Of a stretch of 64,000 bases of DNA, positions 1 through 13,000 are shown in pieces. Positions within the stretch are counted from its first letter, which is position 1, and each line of letters begins with the position of its first letter. Source of the stretch: Phoronis australis (lineage: Eukaryota; Animalia; Phoronida); assembly GCA_002633005.1 (NCBI GenBank), contig NMRA01000012.1, forward strand, positions 2,049,992-2,113,991, in the 5' to 3' direction. The notes beneath the pieces were generated by a model that made no database searches, was not told where the DNA came from, and saw nothing but the letters and a program-made list of their open reading frames with translations. Both the position numbers and the translations under genes were made by a program.

Positions 1-104
1 AATACGTTCTTTTTCAGTCTGTGACATCGTTCCGTACAAAACACTCATAGAGGAGCCACAGTCACAATTTCGCATCATTTGACGAGCATATAATGATGTG
101 ACAT

Positions 105-462
105 TATTACATAGGACCTTATCTGCACAGAATTTCACTCTGCAAATGATTATTTTCTGAGAGTGGAAATTCCTCAGACTTCGATTTTACACTAAGCTGT
201 CATTAATTAGGTAACGTGGCCATGGTTTTCAGGAAAGTTTAGCGAATTTAGGAATCAGTGTAGTTAAGGTAGGACGGTGTATAAGTCCTAATTTTAGATA
301 GCCACTAATGCTTAAGTGGAACATTTTACACTTGGATAACAGTGTGCAAAGAATGGTATCTGAAAAGTTCCATGTTTTAAAATCTGAACAGCCATTTCTG
401 AGATACGACGTTTCGGAGTTGGCCAAAATTGCGGGACATCCACTCATAGGGTCCTACATAAC
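105..462 (+). mobile_element. MITE family A (TIR AGGTTATGTAGGACC), degraded copy
   Basis: Ends ggtcctacataac|ttaa. The internal blocks gtatctgaaaagtt and ccatttctgagat..gagttggccaaa are shared with the copies at 17.4, 19.2, 21.4 and 30.7 kb. Confidence 0.65.
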
Positions 463-3400
463 TTAAGCACGACTTGATTAAAAATACGACTCGGTGTACT
501 CTTAGTCGGAAGGTGGCAGACACTCGCACGTATTCTTTGTACAGCATACAATTTGCGTATAAGTAAATTGCGAATAGACATTGACAAAAGAAAATTAAAA
601 TAGTAACAATATTTCGAAAGCACATTGTCTCATCATCATCAGGCACACAGTAAAATGAACATGCTAGAAACGGATATCAATAATGAGTGCAGGTAGATAA
701 ACGTACAAACAGTGGGTGTAAATACAACACACGGTAGGGTAGGAAGCCTCCAAGCCATTATAGCAGAACTCAGCCAACGTGTGGTCAACTCATATGAGCT
801 GTTCATTCACCACATGTTTTTCACAACTGATCGACAGAGACTCTAAAATCTTCTACCAAAATGGGCCATTTCCAAGTCATTTTCCAACCATGTTCATGTA
901 AAAAAGGGTCTTGAATGGACCCACCCTACACATGCATGGACCATCGACAGGAGAGTATGATCGTGTGTCCAATGCAACGCTTTCACGAGAATTGGGAAGA
1001 AAACATTCGACCATATGACATGTGAATTCATAAACGGTGTTACATCTGGTCACTGGTCATTATCTTCCTCAGATGAGATTGTTTTTCATAATGAATTTAC
1101 CGGTATGTTCTGATAGTACGTCCAGCCTATCACCTAGTGGAGTGTGTTTCATGACAGAAGCATGGAGTTTACTATTCTGCTACACTCCTACGGTGGAAGG
1201 TGAGTTAAGAATGAAATTAGCTCTTACCCTTCACACTATTATTTGTGAAAAAGAATTAAATCTCATTTAAACAAAAGGGCAAAGTGTCTCGGAATGTGCA
1301 CATAACTGGTAATTACTGAGACAATTTCTATTAATTATTTCTAGACTGTCATCCATTCATAATTACAAGACTAAACCCTTTTCTCGGGAATTAAATATAA
1401 AGAGATGGCAGCGTAGGATCAAATTTCTGTCTTTAATCCTAATTCACCTTCATGATACGACCTTTTAACACTGTATATTAACCACAACTTCTACATGTAC
1501 ACTCAGAAAGACACACACCGTAGCCCCTTGGTTGGCTGGTTAGGGGCTATAATATTTCCCATCGCTTTCTGTACTAATTTCGTCCCATGTACTTTAACGG
1601 ACGGTAGGCGAAATCCGCTCACAGATTAAGTTTTCACTTCGTCAAAAATACCTTCTACACTTAAAACTATCACTTAAAAAGCGCTTACTTTCTTCAGTGA
1701 TCCTTTTTGCTTCTTTCCATATCTTCGATGAAGCATAGCTACGAGAAGTCAGGTGACTTAGCATGCGCGCACCCAGCCTTCAATATGGGGGGCTCGAATT
1801 CCTAGCGTCGTGGACCTTTGGTAACAAAATAGGCGCACCATTGTGAATTGCGCGTTTGTGCTTGTTTAGTGGACTTTTGTCTCATTTTCTCGGACCTGGG
1901 TGCGCGCATGCTTAGGCGAATAACTCCAACTCACTTTTTGGTCACACTTAACTTTTTCACCGCGCGCGCGATAACCACAAATCATTTCAACTGCCGCTTG
2001 AGTCACGGGAGTTAGGCAATGGCTAGTGTGAGACTGAGCGAAGCGCGTGACCTGGCGAGTGACACTTGCAAAATAGCATGGGAAGATAGGTGAAATTTGT
2101 AAGATGTGATACCTTTGGACTTTTTTGTTCGTCAACAGGATAGATTTCAAGTAACTGCCTCAAAATGGCACCCTGTGAAAGAAACTCAAAGCGCACCGAC
2201 AGATTTTCATGGATATGTCCAAGTTATGTCGACTAAATTCTATCCAGAGTCATGGTATGTGTTAATTTTAACTACATGTGCCTATGTGTATGTCTCATTC
2301 GATTTTATTTGTTGTATTTTGAAATTAGTAGCTTTTTAAAAGGGGGTGTACTATTGCCCCTGTATGCCAGCGGCATTCAAGGCGATGTAATTGCCTAAAA
2401 GAAAAAACAATTCCTAGTAGTACACATAGCTAGCGTTTGGCTCCGTTTCAAACTGATTGTCACTCCTAATATAAAGGACCCAGTGGTTATCAACAAAAGA
2501 ATTAATACAACTATTATTCGCTAAACTTCTTTTAAGCGATGAATTACGACGCCGTATGCATTCCAATCAGATGATACCCGGTGCACCCGGTGCCAAAACC
2601 GTTAATTTGTAGTACTCCAGGTAATCACTGTTAACACACGAAACCCACGGTCAGAATGATGTACAGGGACATCGAGCCTGAACGGCAATTTTTCATTAAC
2701 ATGCCTACTAGTAATTTACATTATAACCGAACACCTGATGATGTAAAAATGTTCAGAGAACACGAGCGAGCACCTGAAAAGCTATCCAACAAAAATACAG
2801 TCGTGTTTTAATCAATCTCGGAAAGTATAATTCTACAGAAATTCAGTACTAGCAAGCATACGTCAAACATATTTCTTGTAATATTCATTAGATGTTGGAA
2901 ATGTAGGAGCCTGTCTTGCTTTTTACTTTGTTCAGGACTCATGTTTCTGTAATAACAACGTGAACGTCGGGGTATCTGTTAGGATTTTTTAGTTCAAACA
3001 CTGCAGTTTGATTCACTGAGAGTTTATAAATGATCCACATAATACTCTTGGCTAGCTATCCTACGCAATCCACAACAACTAGGTCGGTAGACTCCATGTG
3101 AGACAGCAAAACTAAGGATTTCAGTCCCGGTGCACCGAATAATTTTTGGAAAATTTGGATCGACGCCAAACTCGGAGAGTCAAACTAGCCGCAATAAGTT
3201 GCGCTATTCTGGTTAGGGATGGCGGATTAAGCGCCTACAGTCTGGCGTACCTCTAGCAGTGCCTAGCTTCCCAAATCCCGTCTCCTTACCGTTATTTTCC
3301 GTAAATTTCATCATAATGTTTACCAGAAATGTATTACTCCATAATAATACAGTAATAGATTTCAGTCTTTACTTAGCGTACAGTAACATGGAGTCACTAG

Positions 3401-5920
3401 GTGAAAAATACTGTCTATATCCAAGAGCATTAACATAGGCTTATAGCTGCAGCACGACTTCGCACCCAACAAAAATGGATATCCCGAGAATCCGCAGTTG
3501 GAACTCAGGATACTATAAGCTTATTTTTAAGTGATTTTTAAAAAAGAAAATGTATTTTTGACAATGTAAAAACTTGAGAATTAGTACCTAAATCGATTTG
3601 TAGCCTCTAGATGGGCTAAGTGTTGCCTACTACTTCGCTAGCTCCACAGGGGCCTCGGTTGAGCCGAAGGCAAGAGAATCGAGGGGCTACGCGTTGCCAA
3701 GTTGAGCCAACCAACCAAAGCGGTGTACTGCCAAAAATGGTACCAACCTGTGAAATTCGAAAACTAAGGTCCATCTCAGTCGCACCGTGCGCAAAAGCTC
3801 GGTAAGCGCTGCTGGTAACATAAGCTCAGTTGGTCGCATTGTGTATAGCCAGCTCGACGTTATAGATCTCATAAACATTTTGCGAGAGGCCAGACACACC
3901 CTTCTTCAGCTAACCGTGACTACTGATAGTACTATTGCCCGGCGTCGCCGCGTTTCACAGCAACAAGCGGTCCCACCGGGTGTCACATGTCACTGGACAC
4001 AAACCAGAAATTGGGAAACTGACCAATCGCTGCAATGTGCCTCGAGACTGTCCGCGATAACGCCGTGATGACGTGCACATATGGGTATGTAAATTTCAAT
4101 CCAGAAATGAAAGGAACACTTCCTTTTTACACACTACGTCACACGAATGCTACAAAATGTGTTTCTCAACAACACATTTATGCCTCCGATAACTTGATAT
4201 ACGTCGTCGTTGAAAATGACTGATTTTCAGCCATTATGAAGAAGGATTCTGGCATTGAGAGCTAATGTATCGGGTTCTTTAACTCAACCAACTTATGTCT
4301 ATCATCGCCAGGACGAATAAAAAGGCTCAGTTAGAAAGAGCACTTTGTGTATCTTAGAAAAAGAAAAGAAAAATAAAATTATTCCTTATCACTTCACTTC
4401 AGTAGTCAAGAAATCAGCTCAATGCACAAGGACTAATTTAAGATAAATGATTAAACCCCGGTGGTCTGTGTGCTTTTGAAACCTACTTTTGCGTGGAGTA
4501 AATATTTGCGCAATGGTTTAACTGAATTTCGAATAGTTTTAAATGTGAATCGGCATTTTCACTAGTAGATGTCATATTCGAACGTAAAAAAAATGTGTTG
4601 GATAAGATAAAAGCGGTGTATTTATTCACTTTCTAAAATGGAAAATGACTCATTGGATCCCTGTAAATTGAATCCATGGCAACTTACATCTAAATGCGTA
4701 TTTTAATTGTTTGTTTTACTTAAAGCTATATCACTAATTTGACAATTACCATGCCTTCCTGCTATTACAGACCTCCACTTAAATTAGTTGCCGACAGCCG
4801 GACCGTCGTGGTGTAACACAAGTCCTTGTTCTCTGTGGTTGTGCTGTTGTCAGAATGGAGCTAATGTGTTCAGTGACTCGTAGTCAGAAGTCAGTCATAT
4901 CTACACTCGTGCTGGCTCCTGTTCACCTACTAAGGAATATATAAATGAAGACATTTTTACATTAACTGACATTGTGAAACAATCATCATGTGTTCTATTC
5001 ACATGACACACAAATATTGCCAGACCCAAGCCACCTCGATGACCAAAACACATAATACTCTGAAGTAAATGTCGTATATGCGTGCCCCTTGGCCCTAGTG
5101 TTGTATGCAAATCAGCTTCATAAACAACTCGTAGCCTGGACCCTCGTCTGGGTACTATCACTTGCTGTATTAATCTCATCCCGTGTTTTAAACGAGCGAT
5201 AGTCCAAATCCGGTCACCGCATACGAGGTTTTCATCTAGCCAAAAGTACGTTTTACACTTAAAAATGTCACTTTAAAAAGTTTACTTTCTTTAGCGACCC
5301 TTGTTGCTGGCACGCAGGGAACCAGCGAGTGCTTGACCTGGCGCGCCACTTGCAAAAAGTGGCATCAGTGCCGGGGAAGATATCCGGTGGAATTTGTTAC
5401 ATTCTGACACAACGCCACCTATACTGAAAAGTGGTTCTGTGGAAACATAATGAACGAAACACGGAATTCCATGTGTGGGCATCAATGCGCGAATCGACCA
5501 TTTCATGATGAAAAGCACTCGTTGTCTATTGCTTAGCAGTGCAACTATCAGGGGATGTTTTCTTGTGCAGAAAATTTTGGTCAAATTGTATTCCTCAAGG
5601 TTTCTGCCAGTCTAATTAGTGCTTCCCGCTTGAATCCTTGATTACCTAAATGCGTAATTAATTATTCTAGGGAAATGAAAACTATCCAGATGAATTAATT
5701 TTCTGCGCTTGAATCCATGACAACTCATCTAAATGCGTCTTCATTGATTGTAGTAAAAATTTGTTCCCAGTTGTATTCCAAGGAAAATAATCTAACAACG
5801 ATCTTGGTGGATCTCTACAGAGTGGTGCCGTGAAAAGTACCGGGCCACGCCGCGACTTAAATATGCGTCACAATTTGTTCTACAATCATTTACAAAATAA
5901 CAATCCAGATACACTACTGC

Positions 5921-6065
5921 AGGGCTGAGTTGCATAAACTTCAAACTTATCCGCTGGATAACTGTGATAGTTGCATTATGTCAAGTGTTACTCAACAATA
6001 TCATGACGCGTGATAATGCGACGACATTGTGGCTATCCAGCGTATAACTTTACTCAACCGGGCCC
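5921..6065. mobile_element. Palindromic MITE (PIF/Harbinger-like ends)
   Basis: gggctgagttgcataaa..ttatccgctggataac..gttgcattat pairs with ataatgcgac..gctatccagcgtataa..caaccgggccc as an imperfect inverted repeat. Confidence 0.5.
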
Positions 6066-7262
6066 CGGTGTACATTCACTGCATTGTGCATTCACCATAT
6101 ATCTGAAAGATTTATGCTGTTATAGATTATAAAATCATTCCGTTTGTACGCACTCAGAAGTGATTTCTGTCCTTGGCTGACGCGAGATCCGTGGTCTGCC
6201 CTGTTAATGTTTTGGTGAGATACGGTCGCTAGAATTACACTGTGACCACCGTGAGTTCGTGTGACTGGTCACCTTAAAATCCGCAACGAGAGTGTCGTCC
6301 TCGACAAAACTAGGCTGCGCGATGGTTTTCGAGTAACAAAACTTTGTAAAGGGCTGTCAAGGAGTTGCCGTAGATCCTACGGTAAATACTTTTTCAATTT
6401 ATTGCGAGTCTCCAGTGGTCAACTGCATGAAAAAGACCCATGACAGGGACTCAACTGTGCTTCTCAAATTTCCTGCGCATTTATGGCTTCGTTTACTCAC
6501 TTATACTGTGATATCTTATTTTACAAGTGAAATTTTTGTAATAACGTAACTGAAAACTGAGCCCCTATTTCAACGAAAATAAGTAGGGGTTAATTCTATT
6601 TCAATGACAATAAGTAGGGGTTAATTCCTTACTTTAGGGGCTTTGCGTGAAAAGGTCCCTATTTATTTTAAGTAATATTTTAATATTTGAACGTACAGTA
6701 TACTCTCAGTATGCATCAAAGCTAAAACTTGACGTAGCAGTGAAGATATAACTCCAGAAGAAAGGACAAAAATGCGCTGAAAATTTAGGGAACACATATA
6801 GTCGTGTCCCTATATGGCCGTTTTATGAAACCACTAAGCACTGGAGGTATAGCTTGCTGCGTGGAAAGTTATTCTTTTCCAAAAATTAATTAATTGAATA
6901 CTGCCACAGATAGAGCGGCACAAGTGACCGATACACGGCACAAAGGCTTAGTAGTGGGACGACCAGGTCGGGCCCTCTGACAGATCTGCTGACGCGGGAA
7001 CGCTCGTGCGTGTCAGTGGTGACGGGTCTCTGCCTACATGGTGCACAGTTATTTTCGGCCGTCTGCCCAGCCGCCACTTTCAGCTGATGTTATCGTTCTC
7101 TGGAGATTAATTTACGGTAACCAGGTGCGAAATTGCCCGTCATGAAGATGGTTGTAAACACTGGATGGGCGACGATAGTCTTTTTTAAATTTTCATTTTG
7201 AAAGTTTTTAAATAACATAGTTCGTGAAAAGTACAGGTCTATTGAAAATTGGACAAGAAATG

Positions 7263-7338
7263 CATGGGCGGCGCAGCACTGACATAAGTGGAGGGACTAT
7301 AGCCCCTTCACAGAGCTCCTACGGGTGCGCCGCCCATG
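7263..7338. mobile_element. Minimal MITE remnant, 13-bp perfect TIR
   Basis: catgggcggcgca ... tgcgccgcccatg. Confidence 0.55.
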
Positions 7339-7796
7339 AAATTTCAACCTAAAACAGAAAGTAGTGCACAGCCAGTAGGCTTAACTTCATCACTGTATAA
7401 ACCAGCATCTGGAACTGAATTTAGGAAAACCGAGTGCCACCGTACAATCTGGCAAGGTTCTTGAGGCAATAAGCCATTGTTTATAAATGTTAAGGCTAAT
7501 AATTAGCGGGACTCGAACTACAACCTAAGTTTGTGGTCTGGCTCATAACGGGGATTCAAGGTGAAAAATGCCCCGGTCGGCTTCCACTAGAGGCGGGGAG
7601 CATAGCGGCCCCTTAATTGAATTCAAAGGGAAACTTAATTATTCGAATCCGGGTCCACGCTCTGAGGCTCCGGTAGGCCGGACGACTGCATGTCAAGAGC
7701 CCGCGGAGTGGGATACCCATGCTAACTGTAATTGGCCGAGACGAGCCGTTAACACTCAGAATGACTTAGTTACCGGTCCCCGTCGCAGACACTTAA

Positions 7797-8489
7797 AGGT
7801 GAAGGCAACCTTTTTGCATGTCATTTTGAGCTAAAATAAGGTTGGTTGGTTATCCTAGACATATTTTCCATTTAATTACATCTTTTCGTAATTTTATAAA
7901 TTACTCGTCCGCTACTCCGGAAGTGACGTTTTAGGAGGCAAGCATTTCCCGCCACTTGGNNNNNNNNNNNNNNNNNNNNNNNNNNNNNNNNNNNNNNNNN
8001 NNNNNNNNNNNNNNNNNNNNNNNNNNNNNNNNNNNNNNNNNNNNNNNNNNNNNNNNNNNNNNNNNNNNNNNNNNNNNNNNNNNNNNNNNNNNNNNNNNNN
8101 NNNNNNNNNNNNNNNNNNNNNNNNNNNNNNNNNNNNNNNNNNNNNNNNNNNNNNNNNNNNNNNNNNNNNNNNNNNNNNNNNNNNNNNNNNNNNNNNNNNN
8201 NNNNNNNNNNNAACAGTGTGGCATGTTGACTGACTAGTAAATGAAAGCAAACGACGACGGAACTTAACACAACCGAGGTAGAACAATGACTGACTCGGCA
8301 GCTCTCACAGTCAGACTATATGAAAAGAAATTGGCGCGAAATGCTTGCCTCCTAAAACGTCACTTCCGGAGTAGCGGACGAGTAATTAATAAAATTACGA
8401 AAAGCTGTAATTAAGTGGAAAATATGTCTAGGATAACCAACCAATCTTATTTTAGCTCAAAATGACATGGAAAAAGGTTGCCTTCGCCT
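7797..8489. mobile_element. Non-autonomous DNA transposon with ~160-bp terminal inverted repeats and TTAA target duplication (Kolobok-like)
   Basis: TTAA|AGGTGAAGGCAACC... at 7793 and ...GGTTGCCTTCGCCT|TTAA at 8490. Arms 7797-7959 and ~8330-8489 are near-perfect reverse complements. The centre contains the N gap. Purine termini plus a TTAA TSD fit Kolobok better than piggyBac. Confidence 0.8.
7960..8211. other. Assembly gap (N run)
   Basis: 252 consecutive N between the two arms of the inverted repeat. Confidence 0.99.
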
Positions 8490-8731
8490 TTAAGCACGAA
8501 AGTTCCAAAAACCGCAATGATTCGTTTTCAGGCTTCCGTGAGCAGACACGTTAATTACGCGCATTACCGACGCGTTAAGGTGAGGAAGGGCGGGGGGGTT
8601 CCGTAAATTGCATTTCGAGGCCCATATTTTGGCTGAGGGGTACACTTCGAAAGGGTGTACTCGGGGTTTTGGGGGCGTCACCGCATTAGGGGTTTTGATC
8701 CAATTGGCACGCCGAGTATACGTATCCGCTA

Positions 8732-9109
8732 CATAGGCGGATTTAGGGGGGGCCGCCCCCCCCCCCNACTTATCTATGTTATGTGCTATCGGCAAATGTG
8801 ATTCATTCATAAATAAGACCCTCACGCTGTGTTTTCTGCGAATCCCATGTATCCCGAAGGGGGCTAACTGAGTGATTTTCGCGCATGCGCAGTTCACGGT
8901 TTCAATATTGCTGGTAATGCCCTTGGCTGCCGAAAAAAAATAAAACAGCAAGAGCGTAGAGAAATGTTGAGTCACCCCGGCAATTAAAATTATACGGCTG
9001 AAACAAGATTTAATGTGTGCTATGCGCATCTCATAGTATAATCGTGCTTTGAGCAAATGTTTACAGACAAAATGTTGGCCCCCCTTGTGATATCCAAGAT
9101 CCGCCACTG
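8732..9109. mobile_element. MITE with CA(T/G)(A/T)GGCGGAT termini and an apparent 5-bp TSD
   Basis: cgcta|cataggcggatttaggggggg ... agatccgccactg|cgcta. Confidence 0.6.
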
Positions 9110-10083
9110 CGCTATACGGCCCCAACAACGCACAAGTTAGTTGGCAGTGGCCGGATGACCGTCTGCCTTTGCCCGTCACTAAAAGGTAGGGTTACCTCAT
9201 TACCTTAATATTAAACCATATGACTCATTCCCACTACAAAAGGGTTATGCATAACGTACTTAATTCCTCTCGGAAGCACTACGAGCTGCACTTGACAACT
9301 GAATCGCGCTGGAGTGGGCACAGAACCCGGCGGCCAACCGTCGGCCGCGGCGGGCGGGGCCCAGCGAGAGCCTTGTATTATCTTGTGTCATCAGGCAACT
9401 CAGTTGAACTGTTTCACTCAGGCCAATGGCCTGAAACAGTTGCTACCTCCTGCTAAGAGTTATTGGGTTCAACCCGGCCCTATCGTAAACCGGCCCTACA
9501 ACTAAAACCCTGCCATAGAGAGACGGTCAGGCGTAGTCTGATGCTCTATTCACTGAGGAACCAACTACTCTCAGATTGATTTAGTCTTACTCGGAGTCCT
9601 GACTCAAGAAAACCCGTGGGCATCCAAAATTTCCAGCTCGAGAACCCCGCCCGGGAGCCGACTGGGAGTCCGCGGAACTGTAACGCAATACTACGATAGT
9701 CTAAGTCTCCCGCAGTCAGTTGTTTAAGGGAACCCGTCTGATCTTGTCTCAGGCGACGCCCGGTTCTGATTGACACATGAGATTTATGCAACAAAAATAG
9801 TTCGACTTTCTGCCGACTGGTGGCATTAAACAGCAAAACGATGATCGAATGGAGAACGATTTTGTTATGAAACTACAATAAACTTCGAAGCGTCTACTTT
9901 GGTTAGGTTTGACCATTGATGAGAATTGATTTTTTTAATTAAAATTTTCATTATATCTTTTAACTTAAAATATGCAGCCAGTTCTTTGAATTGAATAAAT
10001 AAATTGTAAGCAACAACCACGGTACTTTGGGTTCTCACTTGACCCGATGCCTACTGGGGTCAATTGACTGAATACGTTGCAAG

Positions 10084-13000
10084 ATGTCCGGAAAGGTTCG
10101 TCAGAGAACCGCTGCTAACCCGGCCGACTCTGTTACTGTCACTGTGAATGAGAAAATTCTCAAAGAATGCCATTCGTTATACATCGATCCCGAAAACGGT
10201 AAATAAGTTTAATACTTGATTTCTCGTGGTTAACAGTCGAAGTGAAGACGCAGCGTTTTGTTGAGTGTGCGTGTTCCAAAATTACGTTTTTCGTGAGTTG
10301 TTTCATCAAAGACAATGGAATATTTGTGTCTTTGGTTTTAAGCCTAGTTTCGCTTAAACTGTCTGAGTACGGTGTCCTCGGAAAACATTTCAGTAGTTGT
10401 ACCATAATACAATTTAAATTTAGTGGCGGCTGCTGACGGAGTGTTTTGGCCGCTCTGTTATAGTCGCACACAATCATTCAGCGATCAGCTGATTCAATGA
10501 TTGGGTCAGCTTAGGTGATCATGTGTATGAGACGTGATCCATGAGTGTTCTGGGGTGACCGAATGTTGCGAAATTAGTCGCGTTTGCTTCTGAAGTAAAA
10601 AATGGCTTGCTGCAAAAGTTACAGGAAGTCAAATAGGTTAGCCAGCTGTCATCTTTATTCGTCGCAATTGTTACGGTAGTATCTTCATATTGTAAAGTGG
10701 GAATTCCCTGCTTGACCTAATTTTCATGTGTAACTTTTCACTTGTGGCCACTTCAGGGCGGGTGCAGGTGTACTTGTGTAACATTTTGATTCCTGTGAAT
10801 GACGATTCACAGTGTATTTCGACTGCCTTCTGGAAGTCAAACCTCAGCGCACCCCTAAATTTTTCAATCACGCTGGTATTGGCTATTGCAATTTTTTAAT
10901 TCCATTGTTTAACTCACTGCTTCCAGGATATTTAGGCCCGAAAGCTACAGTAGTTCTCCACATATTTAGGATAAAAATAATTTCCATAATTGTTTTTTCC
11001 CAAAGCCAAGTTATTTTGCTAAAATAATGGAAACCCCGCCAAATGATTTTTGCACAGATAGAACAAACCATTCTAGTTATAGATAAACATTTTATCGTGA
11101 AGTTTTCTGTATATTTATTTTTATTCTTTCTCAGGTAGAGTTTATAGTTTTTTACCTTGTTTGGGTAATTTCGTGCTTGTGAATTTTAAATACTTTTCTG
11201 AGAGGATGAGTCTGTTGTTTGGCCTGTAAGGCATCAAGGGCCCTATGATTTAGTTACAATTATAAAACTTGCATTTCACCCTGGTTAGCTGATAAAAAAT
11301 GAAAATCGAGTTTGACTTTAATAACAGCGTTCAGCGCAGGCGAAAACATGCCCTCGAACATACGAGTGACAGCATATTTGCCACCCGGGTATTTCTGAAT
11401 TTGGGCTCATAAAAGGTGGTGACCAAAGAAAATAAAATGTTGGTTGTGATTGCCGGGGAACATCGTCTTGAACGCATTTAACAATGACCGCATTGTTGAA
11501 ATTGACACTTATCAAGTCTAAAGTTTACCACGGCCTGTCATTCTACTCAGCAACTCGTTACTGTATTCTTCAGAAGTTAACCATTCTTTTCTCGAAGTTT
11601 TAAGAGCTAAATCTTTGCCTTGTTTCCATCTTAAGCCAAAGTAACAGGTGCTCTGTGACATGATGTGCCAAACCTATTTTTTCCATATCTACTGCACGGC
11701 ATGCATTTATTCAGTGCCAAGCAAGCAAATGTCAGGTTTACGAGACATTTTTGTGGCAATCCTATTTTTCTATATCTGTCACATTTTCAGTACCTAAGGA
11801 GCAAACTTGAATCACCCAACAATGTAATTTCGAGACATTTTTTCATACAAAATTAGTTATTTAATACGTGACCAACATCAGACACCAGGCGTGTGTTCAG
11901 TAGACGCTAGGACCTACGCTAGGACCTAGCTAAAACCTAGTCAAAGGCACATGTTCTCATTTAAAATACACGGCAATATCACGTAATCTCGCGAAGTCTT
12001 GCTTTTTAGCGAGGTCCTAGCGCTACTGAACGAGAGGCAGATTTCTGTCTTGTGAAGTTAGCACATCGATGTCATTTGATCTGAGCATACAATTCCTTAC
12101 ATAAGTTTTTTGACTTGAAGTTTCTCAGTCTTTCAAGTAGCAAAAGTTTGAAAAGCGCAAACAAAGGGGACGTGAGTTTAATTGCGCTTATACTTATATT
12201 TATATTTATGATCAATTCCATTTGTGACGGACGTACAATCAGAGAACATTTTGATCAGTTGTGAAAAAAATGTTCATCTTAGGAAAATAACTAATACACC
12301 AATTGATAGGTCTCACTGATAGCTTTCAAAGCCTGTATCAACTTTTCCCCTATGTTTTAATCTGACTGAGAAAATTGCCTGTAAAGCTGTGTGACGGACG
12401 TACACAGAGAAAAATTTTTAACGTTAATTTTCTGTGAGTTGCATTAAGTTACAACAATTTTTTGTTTTATATGATGATGTAGTGGAATGTTTGCAAAGTA
12501 CAACACACTAATTTTTTTGATGATATTTTTTAAGAAATTTTTGTCAGACAGCTCAATGTAAGTTGAGTTAGTGTCACAGACGTACGTGATGGTCGTACTC
12601 GATGAATTTCTAGTATTAAATTGTTTGTTGTGACTAAGATATGAATTCAAAATGATTCAAGTTTTTGCAGTATTTAAGATATATTGGTCTTTTGCTACAA
12701 ATTCAATGTTTTTTTAGTTAAAATGTACCGATTGGCCTTTCGCACAAAATCATCACAGGTAGGCCTATGCTAGGAATATACTCTAGGATTTTAACTTTTC
12801 ATTACATTTGATTAAAGATATAAATCAACCACCTAAAATCTTCACCCTCTTCACTTCCCTTTGAAGAGGGTAAACATAAATGGGAATGAGAGTGATAATC
12901 ATTTTGAATTTGACAGCTAATTAGCTGTTAGTTATCAGTTTTTAAGCGTTAAATAGAACACTAATTCATAACTTTAAAGTAAATATGACAGTCAAAATAT

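Noticed and set aside
3050-4250. Gene in a CpG-rich patch with several short ORFs
   Set aside because: The ORFs are short, overlap on both strands and are unrecognisable; it may be regulatory or TE-derived, but no call can be supported.
7872-8286. ORFs of 93-132 aa in the ORF track
   Set aside because: Artefacts of translating through the N gap.
8490-9179. 229-aa minus-strand ORF
   Set aside because: It crosses a MITE boundary and an ambiguous base, shows no recognisable domain and has no splice support.
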